A stretch of 64,000 bases of DNA, taken from assembly GCF_006345805.1 (NCBI RefSeq), contig NC_043006.1, forward strand, positions 23,126,001 to 23,190,000, in the 5' to 3' direction. Below, piece after piece: positions 10,906 to 23,647 of the stretch (within the stretch, counting starts at the first letter, position 1; each line of letters starts with the position of its first letter). Below the pieces are notes generated by a model. The model did no database searches. It saw only the letters and a program-made list of their open reading frames with translations, and had not been told where the DNA came from. The position numbers were made by a program, and so were the translations under genes. The DNA is from Octopus sinensis (lineage: Eukaryota).

Positions 10906-11364
10906 AAAATATAATAGAACAGTAAAATAACTAATTAATAAATATACTTTAATATATACATATATATACACATATATATAAATATATATGAAAATGCTAA
11001 ATATACATAATTGAAAAATAAAATAATAATTCAATAATTAAATACTTTAAAATTAAATAAAAGACACAAAGCTATAAAAAGTCATTAAATTGTAATCAAA
11101 ATAAGAAATGTTTCAAATATAGACAAACTCCTTACATAAGCTAACCATATAATAAATATACATATGTAGTATCTATCAATAAATGATATAATATATTATA
11201 TAATATATATATATATATATAATAGCGAGAATAATATGTTAATGGAAAGTAAGAAACCTATCAATCCCAAATTAAAGAAAGGTGCTAAAATATTCAAACC
11301 AATGAACAATACACTATGAAGATGTTTAAATGCTGCTAAACATTTTGCCCGGTGTGATAACGAT

Positions 11365-11580
11365 TCTTTTCTACTCTAGACACAAGGCCCGAAATTTTGG
11401 GGGAGGGGGCTAATCGATTAGATCGACCCCAGTATGCAACTGGTACTTAATTTATCGACCCCAAAAGGATGAAAGGCAAAGTCGACCTCGGCGGAGTTTG
11501 AACTCAGAACGTAACGGCAAACGAAATACTTCTAAGCATTTCGCCCGGCGTGCTAACGTTTCTGCCAGCTAGCCGCCTTA
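11365..11580 (-). mobile_element. SINE family A (tRNA-derived; central gtcgactttgcctttcatcc...gtcgataaattaagtacc domain)
   Basis: Near-complete copy of a family repeated more than 20 times in the window; B-box-like gagttcaaattcc. Confidence 0.9.
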
Positions 11581-12159
11581 GTTAACGTACTAAAATATTA
11601 GTCTCTTTCACACGCAGCTTACCTAATATTTTGTACAACCAACGATAAATTGCTAACTAAAACTCACTGGAATGATGACCCAGCTAAAAAAGAGTTTTAC
11701 TTTGGTTTTATCTTTGAGCTTCTGTTTCTATTTATCTAATTCATGTATTTTACTTTGCTTTCTTTTGGTATATTACTTTTAGTATCATCAGCATCTCTTT
11801 ATTTTGTCTAATCACTTCTTTTAACCAGTAAAGATACTTCCTATATTCTCTGATTTATAAAATATGCTCTTACTATCGATTAGTTATTATCTTTAGACTA
11901 TTTTGTGTCAGTTTTTCTTTCATCTTTTATATTTAACGAATCCGTTCTCATTTGCAATAAATTTGTGGAGCTTTAAATTGCAGGATTTTGATTGATTTAG
12001 AATGACGTCTTCTTTCTTAGTAATTTATTTTCGATTCACTTCCAAATCATCTTAAAATTGATGTAGATAATGAGTTTCAAATAATTGTTTTATTCTTGGC
12101 GCTAAGTTCAGGTTCCTTATATGACATTATCTTATGAGCCTTTTCCTTCGTTTCTTTTG

Positions 12160-12285
12160 TCTTGTTACGCAAATACATACATACACACACACACACATAC
12201 ATACATACATACATACATACATACATACATACATACATACATAAATACATAAATGCATACATACATACATACATACATACATACA
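12160..12285. repeat. (TACA)n microsatellite
   Basis: Direct reading. Confidence 0.9.
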
Positions 12286-12379
12286 TTGGTGGCTGCCCCC
12301 TCGTTATCGAGTATGGCCATTGCACGAAGCTTAATCAATGTTGTTATCGTGCAATGCCTGTGCAAGAATATTTTTTGTA

Positions 12380-12855
12380 AGTGAGGAAAGGCTGTGCACC
12401 GAGTCAATCCCACTCACTAAGCAACAGCAGCCATAATCCGAAAAGAAGAACAAGTCAACATCATCGGTAACCACTGAGCCGTAGGTTTTATGTCGGAGTT
12501 ATCCCAGTTGTCTGAGTTACCTTCTCCTAGAAGTATGCCCTAACAAAGGCTAGGAGTCCTTCACTCCCAATGGTTTAACCGCGCGATCGGGTATTCAGTC
12601 TGATTATTTCTATGTCCCCGCGCATGATACAGCCTTAAGACATTTATTGGATGGCCGTTGACTCTCAAGAGTTCCTCCGCCCTTTGACGGGTTTTGTTTT
12701 TCATCCCGCAGGGTGACAAATAAATACCCTCCTCACCAAGCAGGCTTGGTGGGGTTGCCGGGGTTGCCGGTTTAGTCGCCGACGACCCGACCATGCAACA
12801 GGTTGTACTGGGTTACACGTTACCAGTAGCACTCGAAAGTGACCTGACATAAACA

Positions 12856-12887
<32 letters not shown>

Positions 12888-13150
12888 CATACATACATAC
12901 GTACGTACATACACACATACATACATGCTATGATTGGTGAGCATCATCTACCCTTGAGTATTATTGGATGACCATTGACTCTCCTTAGTTCATCTGCCCT
13001 TTGACTGGTATTGTCTTTCATCCCATCAGAAGTTCAAAAACTACTCAACAAGTAAGCTTGGTTGCGTTGCCGGTTTAGTAGCCGACGACTCGCCCATGCA
13101 AGTTGTACTAAGTTACGTGTGTGTTACCAGTAACGCAAGAGCGACTTAAT
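12380..13150 (-). mobile_element. Two diverged copies (12380-12850, 12955-13150) of a retroposon segment resembling an RTE-type LINE 5' region
   Basis: Shared ttattggatg(g/a)cc(g/a)ttgactctc...gttgccggtttagt(c/a)gccgacgac...gttaccagta. The RTE assignment is from recalled family resemblance only. Confidence 0.45.
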
Positions 13151-13219
13151 TCGTAACATACAAAAGTTGGTTGCCTTTAGTGGCAGGAGAACTGAAAATA
13201 GAATGTCTTTGTAATGATA

Positions 13220-14502
13220 CGAGGGACGTTCAATAAGTAATGCCTCCGACCCACTTGCAGTTGTTTGATCTAGCTGAAATTTTGCACGTGCAATCATTTA
13301 TATCTCTATAAATTAAGTAGCAAATTACAGCTCTGAATTAATTGTGGTTTCTGATTTACAGGTGTTTGAACTGAGTCAAGTGTGAAATGGAGCCTGTTGA
13401 GTGTCGAGCAGTGATCCGGTTTTTGTATTTGAAAGGACGCACACCACGGGAGACTTTTGATGAAATGAAAGTAACTTATGGTGATGATGCCCCATCATAT
13501 GACCTTGTAAAACGCTGGCATCGTGAATTCAAACATGGTCGGAACTCTGTGGAAACAGCTCCCAAATCTGGTCCCCCCTTCTGCCATTGATGAGGCATCT
13601 GTCCGTCAAGTTGAGGCTGCCATTTTGGAAGATCGACGCATAATTATTCGCCAAATAGCCGAAGTCAAGATTAGTACCGGGTCTGTGGAAACTATCATTC
13701 ATGACCATTTGCATATGCAAAAGGTGTCTGCCAGATGGATTCCCAGGTTGCTCACGCCTTTCCAGAAGCAAGAACGCGTCGAGTGCTCGAGGGTGAATTT
13801 GGAGATGTGCCAAGAAGATGAGTGAAAATTTTTCAAAAGACTGATTACACAGGATGAAACTTGGGTCCATCACGATGATCCAGAGACCAAAGCCCAGTCA
13901 ATGCAGTGGAAGCACCGTGACTCACCCCCTCCAAAGAAGGCAAGGGTGCAGCCCTCCGCTGGCAAGGTCATGCACAGTCTTCTGGGACCAGGACGGAGTA
14001 GTGATGACAGATTTCCTGTAAAGGGTACCACAATTACAGGAGCCTATCATGCTTCACTTTGAGGAAATTAAGAGAAGCTATCAAAATCAAGAGGCGGGGC
14101 AAGATCAGCAAAGGCATCTTCCTCCTGCAGGACAACGCTCCGGTCCACAACTCGCTTGTCGCCAGATCAGAAGCACAGGCGTATGGCTATGAACTCCTCC
14201 CCATCCCCCCTACTTTCCTGACCTTGCACCCTCTGATTTTCACCTCTTCCCAATCATGAAGTTGTTTTTGAAAGGAAAGCGTTCTCCCGATGATGCAGCC
14301 TTGATTTCTGAAGTCACGTTGAGGTTGGAGGACCAAGCTGGGTTCTTCTACAAAAACGGTCTCCAGAGCCGCATCAAACGATGGGAGAAATGCGTAACTC
14401 TGGGTGGTTCCTATGTAGAAAAAGACTAATAACTGTGCCAAGTTTCGTTGCTCTACTGCTATGGGAAGTGGGTCAGGGGCATTACTTATTGAACGCCCCT
14501 CG
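13220..14502 (+). mobile_element. Mariner (DD34D) transposon, 1283 bp, TA TSD, irritans-like, defective
   Basis: TIRs cgaggg(a/g)cgttcaataagtaatgcc at both ends with TA at 13218-19 and 14503-04. Motifs WIPRLL, QDETW, QDNAPVH, PDLAPSDFH. Confidence 0.95.
13387..14430 (+). pseudogene. Mariner transposase pseudogene (several frameshifts, TGA at 13823-25)
   Basis: ORF pieces 13387-13590, 13523-13825 and 14059-14259 join into one transposase. Confidence 0.92.
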
Positions 14503-14736
14503 TATATGTGAAAGATCTGTAAACTGCTTTCTTTTTCCTTGGTGATCGATGTATATAAATCCAGAAATTTATACTTTCTTTTGTTCGAATTGTGATCCTC
14601 ATGGCAACACTTTGTAACCAACTCAGACTTCTAATTTAATTATGCAAATTCCTATTGACATTAAACCTCTCTTGGACTTTTGGCTGCATCCGTTTGTTCT
14701 TGAGATTGACATTTTTAATATTTAACGAGTCTCTGA

Positions 14737-15225
<489 letters not shown>

Positions 15226-15336
15226 GTCGCCATAGCTGGGCGTGTTGTTTTGGAGCTCCTTAAAGTTTGTGAAAATTTCACTTGTTTAAAAGTTTTTATA
15301 TCTCATTTTTGTTTAAATTGTTTTGCAAGCCAGTTG

Positions 15337-15381
15337 CTCTTCTGAGGAGCTGACTTTTGTCGGCGAAAGCCCTATTTTGAG
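15337..15381 (+). ncRNA. Degenerate hammerhead-like motif
   Basis: CUGAGGA-GCUGAC uuuu GUCGGC-GAAA-G cc C-UA: 6-bp stem II is intact but stem I is disrupted. Confidence 0.45.
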
Positions 15382-16724
15382 GGGCCTACACAACCCTCTT
15401 TTGTTTCAAAATTCTTCGAAAATTTCTTCGAAGATATAAACTTTGAACATGGCGACGGATAGTGGGAGTGAAGAAAGAATGTGGAACAGCAGGTTGTACG
15501 AAGATTTCCCCGTTCTCTCTTCCATGACTGTCAGCAAGAACAGAGGAATGAAGAAGAGAAGAGACAAAAAAAAAAGAAGAAAGAAGGCGAAAAGCAGAAA
15601 CGGATCTTTTCGCTTTGACCGGCAGATTTTTTAAATAATTTCTTTGTAACTAAACACTTTTAAACTTCGTATATTTGTAGAATGTGTTTATAAAACATCT
15701 TTTTCTCTTGGCTTTATTGAGAAAATTTTGTAGTTTGTAAGCTATTTGTTGTTAAATTTCTTGCATTTCGACAATTTCAACCAATCAATGACGTCTATTG
15801 AGGTGAATACAATATCTCCGGGTCTTTGTCAACAACAATTATTTGCGGTGTCATATGAATTTGTCACTGCTGTTTATGAAAAAAAAGATACCCTGTGGCC
15901 ATAAACTGAGGGGTCTAACGTATACTAGAAATCTACGAAAACTCTCAGCACTATTCAAAGGGGAAACAAGTTACAAGAATGCATATAAATGAATGGAAAC
16001 AAAATAGTTGATTTTCTTTCGCCCTCCCCCCCTTTTTTTTTCCTTTTTTTCTTCTTTTAATATTGTAAACGAAATGAAAAGTGATAGCAAAGCAGAAGCT
16101 GTTTCATCTGTGTGAGATCTTGATTCTAACTCTATAACCATAGGGTATTTCTATGTAAGTAGCGAGATGCATGGGGTATACGCGCCCGCACACGCACAAG
16201 CATATACATTCACGCATGCAAATATGTTATCTCTCTTCTCAATTGCATTCTCTTTTATAAACAAACACCAAACAGAAACACTCCTACACGCACAGCTATA
16301 ACATCCTCCTCCTCCCCTCCTCCTCCCCTCCTCCCCTCCTCCTCCTCTCTCCATTTCTTTGCCTTTTTCTTTCTCCTCTCTTCCTTATCATCTCCTCCAT
16401 CTCTTCCTCTTCTCTCCCCGCCTTCCTCACTTCCCCTCCTCCCTCCTTGTCTTTCCTATATCTCCCATTCTCTTCATCCATCCCATACTCCTCTTTCTCT
16501 CCACTCACCCTCTGTTGCCCAACACACGTTTCTACTTATTTTCTTTACTCTTTCTCCACTTTCAAGGTTTTTCGCTCTCTCCTTCCTCTCTGACTCTCCT
16601 TCCACTCTACCCTACAAACCCATACACAAATATACACCTATCTAGACACACAGTAACACCTACCCCTATAAACTGTCAACATGTATGTTTGTAGCGATAA
16701 GTACCGGGTTTAACATATATATAT

Positions 16725-17060
<336 letters not shown>

Positions 17061-17070
17061 GTCCGAAATG

Positions 17071-17602
17071 GTCGTGACTTCTGGTACTTGACTGATGAAA
17101 GAAAGCCAAGAATGACTCGTCTTTTATTTGCCTGTCCTTCTAGTTGTTTCACATGTCCGCCTTTGTGTTGTCTATCTGTGCGGAAGTTTTAATGTCCTCT
17201 ATTCCGTTTTTGTTCCATTTTCATATTTATATATAGCGGCGTATGTACACCCTTGTTCTCACCTTATAGTAAGTATGTCTGCCAACCGTCAACACGTCTT
17301 GTGTCCATCTCTCATGTTCCTGCCTTTAGGCTTTCGCTTTATACACGTCAGCTCAATTTGAATCGTTCTCAGTCGAAAGACACCTTTGTTATTTCTTGTA
17401 GTATTCGTAATTGTGTACCATCTTCTCCGTTTGTTTGTTTGTTTGTTTGCTTTTTGTCTTTGTTGCCGTACACATTCGCTAACTTTCTTACAAAGGGGTC
17501 TAATGCACTTAGCTTAGACTTTTTGGGGGACAACCAGATCGAACCATCTCAAGTGTAACTGTCACGACTTCTGGTACTTGACTGATGAAAGAAAGCCAAG
17601 AA
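17071..17602 (+). mobile_element. Penelope-like unit bounded by 42-bp direct repeats
   Basis: gtc(gt/ac)gacttctggtacttgactgatgaaagaaagccaagaa at 17071-17112 and 17561-17602. Confidence 0.65.
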
Positions 17603-17608
17603 TTAGCC

Positions 17609-18198
17609 GTGAATAGACTTCACTGAATTATAGATATATACAATACGAAGTCGAGACAAATATCGCCAGCTGATCGGTGTCTGCTACTCTAGGCTCCCCT
17701 TCGTAAATGTATATAAGGACACAGGGAAAAATGTGTCAAAGCCATCAGGAGGCGTCGATGCTTCCTAGGGCTATACAGCGGTGGTGTATACCCCTACTGT
17801 CACGTTCGTGTTAGATTGACAGTATACAACCATTCTATCGCCCCACCACCGTACATGTCTCTACGAGAGATTTAGAAATTTAGTATTTCTTATTTTGATA
17901 ATCAGTGAATAGACTTCACTGAATTATAGATATATACAATACGAAGTCGAGACAAATATCGCCAGCTGACCGGTGTCTGCTACTCTAGGCCGATGAAGGA
18001 CAATGATCCTGAAACGTGTCCCTAGATGCAGCTCCGGCGGCCGGGGGTGTTTGTCTCCCCTTCGTAAATGTATATAAGGACACAGGGGAAAATGTGTCAA
18101 AGCCATCAGGAGGCGTCGATGCTTCCTAGGGCTATACAGCGGTGGTGTACCTCCCTACTGTCACGTTCGTGTTAGATTGATAGTATACAACCATTCTA
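17609..18198 (+). mobile_element. Tandem pair (17609-17838, 17905-18198) of a hammerhead-bearing terminal repeat
   Basis: The copies are near-identical, except that the first lacks ~65 bp (17991-18055 of copy 2). Confidence 0.85.
17984..18026 (+). ncRNA. Minimal type-I hammerhead motif, U4C core variant
   Basis: UCUAGG-CCGAUGA-AGGA caauga UCCU-GAAA-C gu G-UC-CCUAGA: 6-bp stem I, GUC at 18018-18020. Confidence 0.7.
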
Positions 18199-18409
18199 TA
18201 TATATATGTATATACAGAAAGAAAGATACATACATATATACATACATACATGCATACATGCATGCATACATACACACATACATACATACATACATACATA
18301 CATACATACATACATACATACATACATACATACATACATACATACATACATACATAGATGCATGCATGGTGGAATCTCCTTCGTAAACGACAGCTGAAGG
18401 TTTTGCAAT

Positions 18410-18720
18410 ATGGTATCTTCACCTTGATCTTGAGGCGAGCATTGGTTCGTATGTAAGAGAGACGTTTTATGGTGCTGACTGGCGATCTTGAGTAGATTTA
18501 TGCTTCCAATTGTGGGAAGTGAGCCGTGCTTTGCTGCATACTACATGTCTACAATCACAAACAAAATCATTTGAAGCAGGTTCTTGTTGCTGTCTCCACT
18601 TAAAATTCACACAAACTTGATCACGATGTTCCTGTCTGCTCACTGCAAACTGAGAGTGGCCAGTGGCATGTATTTGAATAACATAGACAAATATAGTTAT
18701 ATCAATTATGCAACAAAAAT
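18410..18720 (-). pseudogene. Degraded RTE (BovB-like) LINE 3' fragment
   Basis: Minus strand NDFVCDCRHVVCSKARLTSHNWKH...* matches the RTE C-terminal zinc-finger-like motif. Confidence 0.65.
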
Positions 18721-19104
18721 TCTTGAATTATGAAAAGTTATCTCCAGTTTTAGAATATGTCATAATTCCAACAGGCAATTAAAGCCAGCTGCATATCAGG
18801 AGAACATTTCTCCAAAACTAACGTGCCATTTAAGGAAACGGACAGGCTTATTTTCTGGGGATAAGAGAACAATAAGGGATATATGTTTCTGCCTCACTGG
18901 AAGTCATCAGTTACAAAATACTCCTAACTTATGTCCTGCAACCAAGGAACATAAGCATATATATAGAAAGAGAAGAACACATACACACGCACACATCATT
19001 ACATATATGTATATACGTATACATGCATGGTGCTCCAATATGACCGTAGTCAAATGACTCAACAAGTAAAAGGATAAAAGAATATACATGCACACAGATA
19101 TCCA

Positions 19105-19397
19105 TATGTATGTATGCATGTATGTATGTATGTATGTATGTATGTATGTATGTATGTATGTATGTATGTATGTATGTATGTATGTATGTGTGTGTGTATG
19201 TGTATGTGTGTATGTATGTATGTATGTATGTATGTATGTGTGTGTATGTGTGTATGTTGTATGTATGTATGTATGTATGTATGTATGTATGTATGTATGT
19301 ACGTACGTACGTGCGTACGTATGTACGTATGTATGTATGTATGTATGTATGTATGTATGTATGTATGTATGTATGTATATACGTATACGTATATACG

Positions 19398-19429
<32 letters not shown>

Positions 19430-19442
19430 TGTATGTATGTGT
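19105..19442. repeat. (TATG)n microsatellite
   Basis: Direct reading. Confidence 0.95.
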
Positions 19443-19487
19443 TATGCATGTTCATAATGATTAGATTTCCCATTTTTCCCCTTGGTT

Positions 19488-19776
19488 AGGGTATTCAGCT
19501 CACGTTGTGAGCTTGAACCCTGACGGTGCGTTGTGTCCTTGAGTAAAACACATTATTTCACGTTGCTCCAGTCCACACAGTCGACAAAAATGAGTATTGG
19601 CTCTATTTCAAAGGGCCTTTGTCATATTCCGTCTCACGCTAAATCATCCTGAGAACTATGTCAAGGATACGTGTGTTTGTGGAGTTCCCGGCCATTTTGC
19701 ACGTTAATTTCACGAGCATGCTGTTCCGTTTGATCGGATCAATTAGAACCCCCGTCGTCATAACTGACGGAGTGCT
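19488..19776 (+). mobile_element. SINE-like element (family D)
   Basis: Degenerate tRNA-like head, then gtgtccttgagtaaaacac...ctccagtccac core-like segment and a gtcgtcataactgacggagtg tail. Confidence 0.55.
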
Positions 19777-20176
19777 AGTAAGTAACATATGTAAGGCAAT
19801 GACGCGAAAGTATATTTAGCTACTATTTCTAACAAGTTAAACGAACGCAAGAATCCTCTTTTCATTAAATCAATTCATATTTTAATTTAATATCAGATAA
19901 AAATCTTCGAAATTGTGAAGTTAATCTTGTGATGAGTGAAATAAACTCCAAACAAATAATTACGTAACTGAAACTGAAAAAAGTGGGGAAATAATTAAAA
20001 TATCATCAATCATCCTTCGTAAAGAAATATCCTTCAAGTTATGATGTAGGGATTAGTAATGGAAGAACGTCGACATTAATGCTTCAGCTAAGCTGGGGGG
20101 TTGTGCGCACGCACATATTTGTAAGTAATACACAAAGGAAAAAATGTGCGCATACAAGGTTTTGAAGATGAAATTA

Positions 20177-21459
20177 TTGAGTTGTCCGGAAAGTTCGTGC
20201 CGATTTATAGTAGCTTACCTTTCGACTTATTTTAGAACATAGTTGAGTCCATAAAATAGGATTTGACTACACCTCAATTTAGAGCACAGTTTAAGCTATC
20301 TTTTCGTGGAAGAAGGTTTATGTTCTTATAACCTGTGTCATTCTGTAACCCTTTAAAATGGAAGATAAGAAAGTTCATTTTCGACACTTGATGCTTTTCA
20401 TTTTCCGTAAAGGGGAAAATGCCTCACGAACAAGCAAAAAGCTATGTGCAGTTTACGGTGATGTTTCTTTATCCGAAAGAACTGTACAGAAGTGGTTTGC
20501 AAGGTTCCGAACTGGAAATTGTAGCCTTATTGATAAAGAGCGATCATGCAGACCATCCACTACAGATGATTACCAAATCAAGTCATTAATTGAGAATAAT
20601 CCACATTGCACAATCCGAGAATTGGCAGAAAGCCTCAACCTATCAAAATCCGTCGTTCATGAGCACCTGGTAAAGCTTGGGTACATAAATCGCTACGATG
20701 TTTGGGTACCACATGAGTTGAGTGAGAAGAACCTGTTGGATCGCATTTCCATCTGTGATTCGCTTCATAAACGGAATGAAAACGCACCTTTTTTAAAGCA
20801 AATTGCGACAGGTGATGAGAAATGGATTATCTACCGAAATATTCAGAGAAAACGATCCTGGAGTAAGCAACATGAGCCGCCCTTAGCCGCCCCAAAAACT
20901 GGTCTTCACCCTAAAAAAGTCTTGCTTTGTGTCTGGTGAGATTGGAAAGGAATTCTGTACTATGAGCTTCTCCCAAGTAACCAGACAATTAATTCTGAGA
21001 AATACTGCACACAACTGAACGAATTAAAAGCAGCAATTCAAGAGAAACGTTCAGAATTGGCCAACATGAAGGGTGTTGTTTTCCAACATGATAATGCAAG
21101 ACCGCACGTTTCTTTGGAAACCAGACAAAAATTGCTGCAGCTCGGCTGGGATGTGTTACCCCACCCTCCATATTCACCAGATATTGCTCCTTCTGATTTT
21201 CACTTATTCAGGTCTCTGCAGAATAGTCTTAATGGCAAAAATTTCAATTCATTGGATGACGTAAAAAGATACCTTGATGAATTCTTTGCCATGAAACCAC
21301 CTAAATTCTGGAAAGAGGGTATTTTCAAGTTAAAGGAAAGATGGGGACGCATTGTGCAACAAAATAGTTCATATTTGGTTGATTAAAAATGTAATGGCAA
21401 ATATTTATTAACCTTTTTCTTTCCTTTAAAAATCGGTACGAACTTTCCGGACAACCCAA
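20177..21459 (+). mobile_element. Mariner (DD34D) transposon, 1283 bp, mellifera-subfamily-like
   Basis: 30-bp TIRs ttg(a/g)gttgtccggaaagttcgt(g/a)ccgattt. TA on the left (20175-76), TG on the right. Confidence 0.96.
20358..21386 (+). pseudogene. Mariner transposase, 342 codons, single in-frame TGA (20937-39) replacing a conserved Trp
   Basis: Continuous frame MEDKKVHFRH...WVPHEL...TGDEKW...CVW*DWKG...HDNARPH...YSPDIAPSDFHLF...YLVD*; D,D34D spacing counted by hand. Confidence 0.95.
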
Positions 21460-21717
21460 TGAATTTTTTTATAATTGGAGAAATTATTGTTTAATTTCAT
21501 AATAAAATCTTTGGGGTGATCAATATGACATATGGACGATGACTACTCACATGAATGCAAATATATCGAGCAGAGAGACAAAATTTGCACCCAAACTTCA
21601 GTATCTATGTTGCATGTATTTATGTGTATATGTGTGTGTGTGTGTGTATGAGTGTGCGTGCGTGCGTGTCATGTGCATGTTTTCATTAAAGTCTCTCTAT
21701 CTTTCTCTCCCTCCCTC

Positions 21718-21753
<36 letters not shown>

Positions 21754-21884
21754 TGCATAAATGTGTATGTGTATATGTGTGCCTGTTGTATGCCTCCCTG
21801 AGCCATAAGCGAAAGGTATTTTGACGGACTAACGATTATAGATTAAATTCACACACACACAGACACACACACATATATATATTT

Positions 21885-21935
<51 letters not shown>

Positions 21936-22003
21936 CAGAGAGAGGGACAGAGAGAGATAGACAGACAAACAGACATATTTGTATATACATACATACTTAC
22001 ATA

Positions 22004-22496
22004 CAGAGTGTTCCGAAAAAATATATACAAACAATGACTAATTGCAAACATCAACTAACACGTTTGGTATTTGTGTGCATTCTCGTTCAGTGTCTGTCCT
22101 CAATTTGTCGACTGTTGCCCGTTTCATATTGTAAACTATATCTTTTAAGAACCTCCATAAAAAAAAAACAAAAAAAAAACGAATGATATGAGGTCCAGTG
22201 AACGCGGAGGGTATTCTACTGAACGTCTTTATCTAATCTACTTGTTTTGAAAAAATCTCATCAAAATAGGAACCTTACATTAATATGGCTGTGCAGGAGT
22301 ACCCCATCTTGCTGGAAATAAAACGACTCTTCTTCAAAGCTCTCTTTAATGCTTGATATGACAGATTGTCACAGCAAGTACAAGTAAATGCGAAGTCAGA
22401 GTACCATCCCAAAAGGAATCGTCCAATTAAACTTTTTGATGATGAGCCGCACCATACCGTACATCCTGGTAAATTAGCATGATGTTCTTCCATAAT
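22004..22496 (-). pseudogene. Tc1/mariner-superfamily transposase 3' fragment with right TIR
   Basis: Minus strand [10 protein letters not shown]...FYFQQDG...EYPPRSLDL...FLWRFLKDIVY...RECTQIP; TA-cagagtgttcc terminus at ~22004. Confidence 0.75.
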
Positions 22497-22524
22497 ATGT
22501 ATATATGTATATACATATATATAT

Positions 22525-22741
22525 CGAAGGAGAGGGACTTTCTCCGTCCGGGTTGCGGATCTGTGGAATAAGCTGCCGGACGAGATAGTGAAGATGCCGA
22601 CGACCGCACGGTTCAAAGTCTCTCTTGACCAGAAATGGCCTGAACTCTTTGCATGAACACCAACCTGTACATAACTCCATGTCCTCCTACATGGCCTTGC
22701 TTTTTGCTTTTTGCTTTTTGAGCCAAAAAATTAACTTAGCT

Positions 22742-22745
<4 letters not shown>
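22525..22745 (+). mobile_element. CR1 LINE 3' end fragment
   Basis: [38 protein letters not shown], 3' UTR and (TTAAC)-like tail. The same family lies inverted at 44477-44688. Confidence 0.85.
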
Positions 22746-22812
<67 letters not shown>

Positions 22813-22949
22813 TATTATTATTATTATTATTATTATATTATTATTATTATTATTAAAGCAGCAAAAACAACAACAAAATATCACAAAAAATGTTTGTGAT
22901 GTTTTTCCAGTTTTAGTAATAAAGCGTGTTACTCTACCTCCGGTATTCG

Positions 22950-23118
22950 AGTACTGAGTTCAAATTCCGCCGAGGTCGACTTTGCCTTTCATCCTTTCGG
23001 GGTCGTTAAATTAAGTACCAGTTACGCACTGGAGTCGATGTAATCGACTTAATCCGTTTGTCTGTCCTTGTTTGTCCCCTTTGTGTTTAGCCCTTTGTGG
23101 GTAGTAAAGAAATAGGTA
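22950..23118 (+). mobile_element. SINE family A, 5'-truncated
   Basis: Family consensus match. Confidence 0.85.
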
Positions 23119-23239
23119 GGTATTCGAGTACTATTTTTCCCACCTTGTTTCTTATCTATGTGCTTGCTCTGGTATACACACACACGCACACGCACATGTA
23201 CACACGCGCGCGCACGCACACACACACATATATACATAA

Positions 23240-23451
23240 GCGCAGGACTGGCTTTGTGGTAAGAAGCTTGCTTCCCGACCATATGGTCCCGGGTTCATTC
23301 CCACTGAGTGGCACCTTGACCAAGTGTCTTCTGCTATAGCTTCGGGCCGACCAAATCCTTGTGAGTGGATTTGATAAACGGAAACTGAAAAAAGCTCGTC
23401 GTATATATATTTATGTGGGTGTGGGGGATTGTGTGTGGGTGTGGGGGATTG

Positions 23452-23484
<33 letters not shown>

Positions 23485-23520
23485 ATGTGTGTGTGTGTGT
23501 GTGTTTGCCCTCCACCACTG
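23240..23520 (+). mobile_element. SINE family B head with internal (TG)n
   Basis: tgtggtaagaagcttgcttccc...ggcaccttgaccaagtgtcttctgctatagc. Confidence 0.8.
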
Positions 23521-23647
23521 CTTAATGTAGACCCAGATAAGATGGAATGGTTAAAGCTTGAATGCTTTGATTTTTACATTGTTCTGCTTGACTTGTATTA
23601 ACAGTCTCGCTAATAACGTCTCAAATTTCCTTAACATTCTTTTTTCC

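Noticed and set aside
11600-12100. AT-rich minus-strand stretch with Lys/Ile-rich protein-like fragments
   Set aside because: Stops in all frames; cannot be assigned to any family by eye.
12740-12850. Possible HDV-like ribozyme on the minus strand (GUCG-ucgg-CGAC hairpin followed by CUAA)
   Set aside because: I could not place P1/P3 with correct spacing by hand. An HDV descriptor search would be needed.
18870-18915. Minus-strand CUGAUGA...GAAAC
   Set aside because: Stem II has a bulge before GAAA, stem III mismatches and there is no stem I.
18907-19489. [12 protein letters not shown] repeat ORFs here and throughout the window
   Set aside because: Microsatellite translations.
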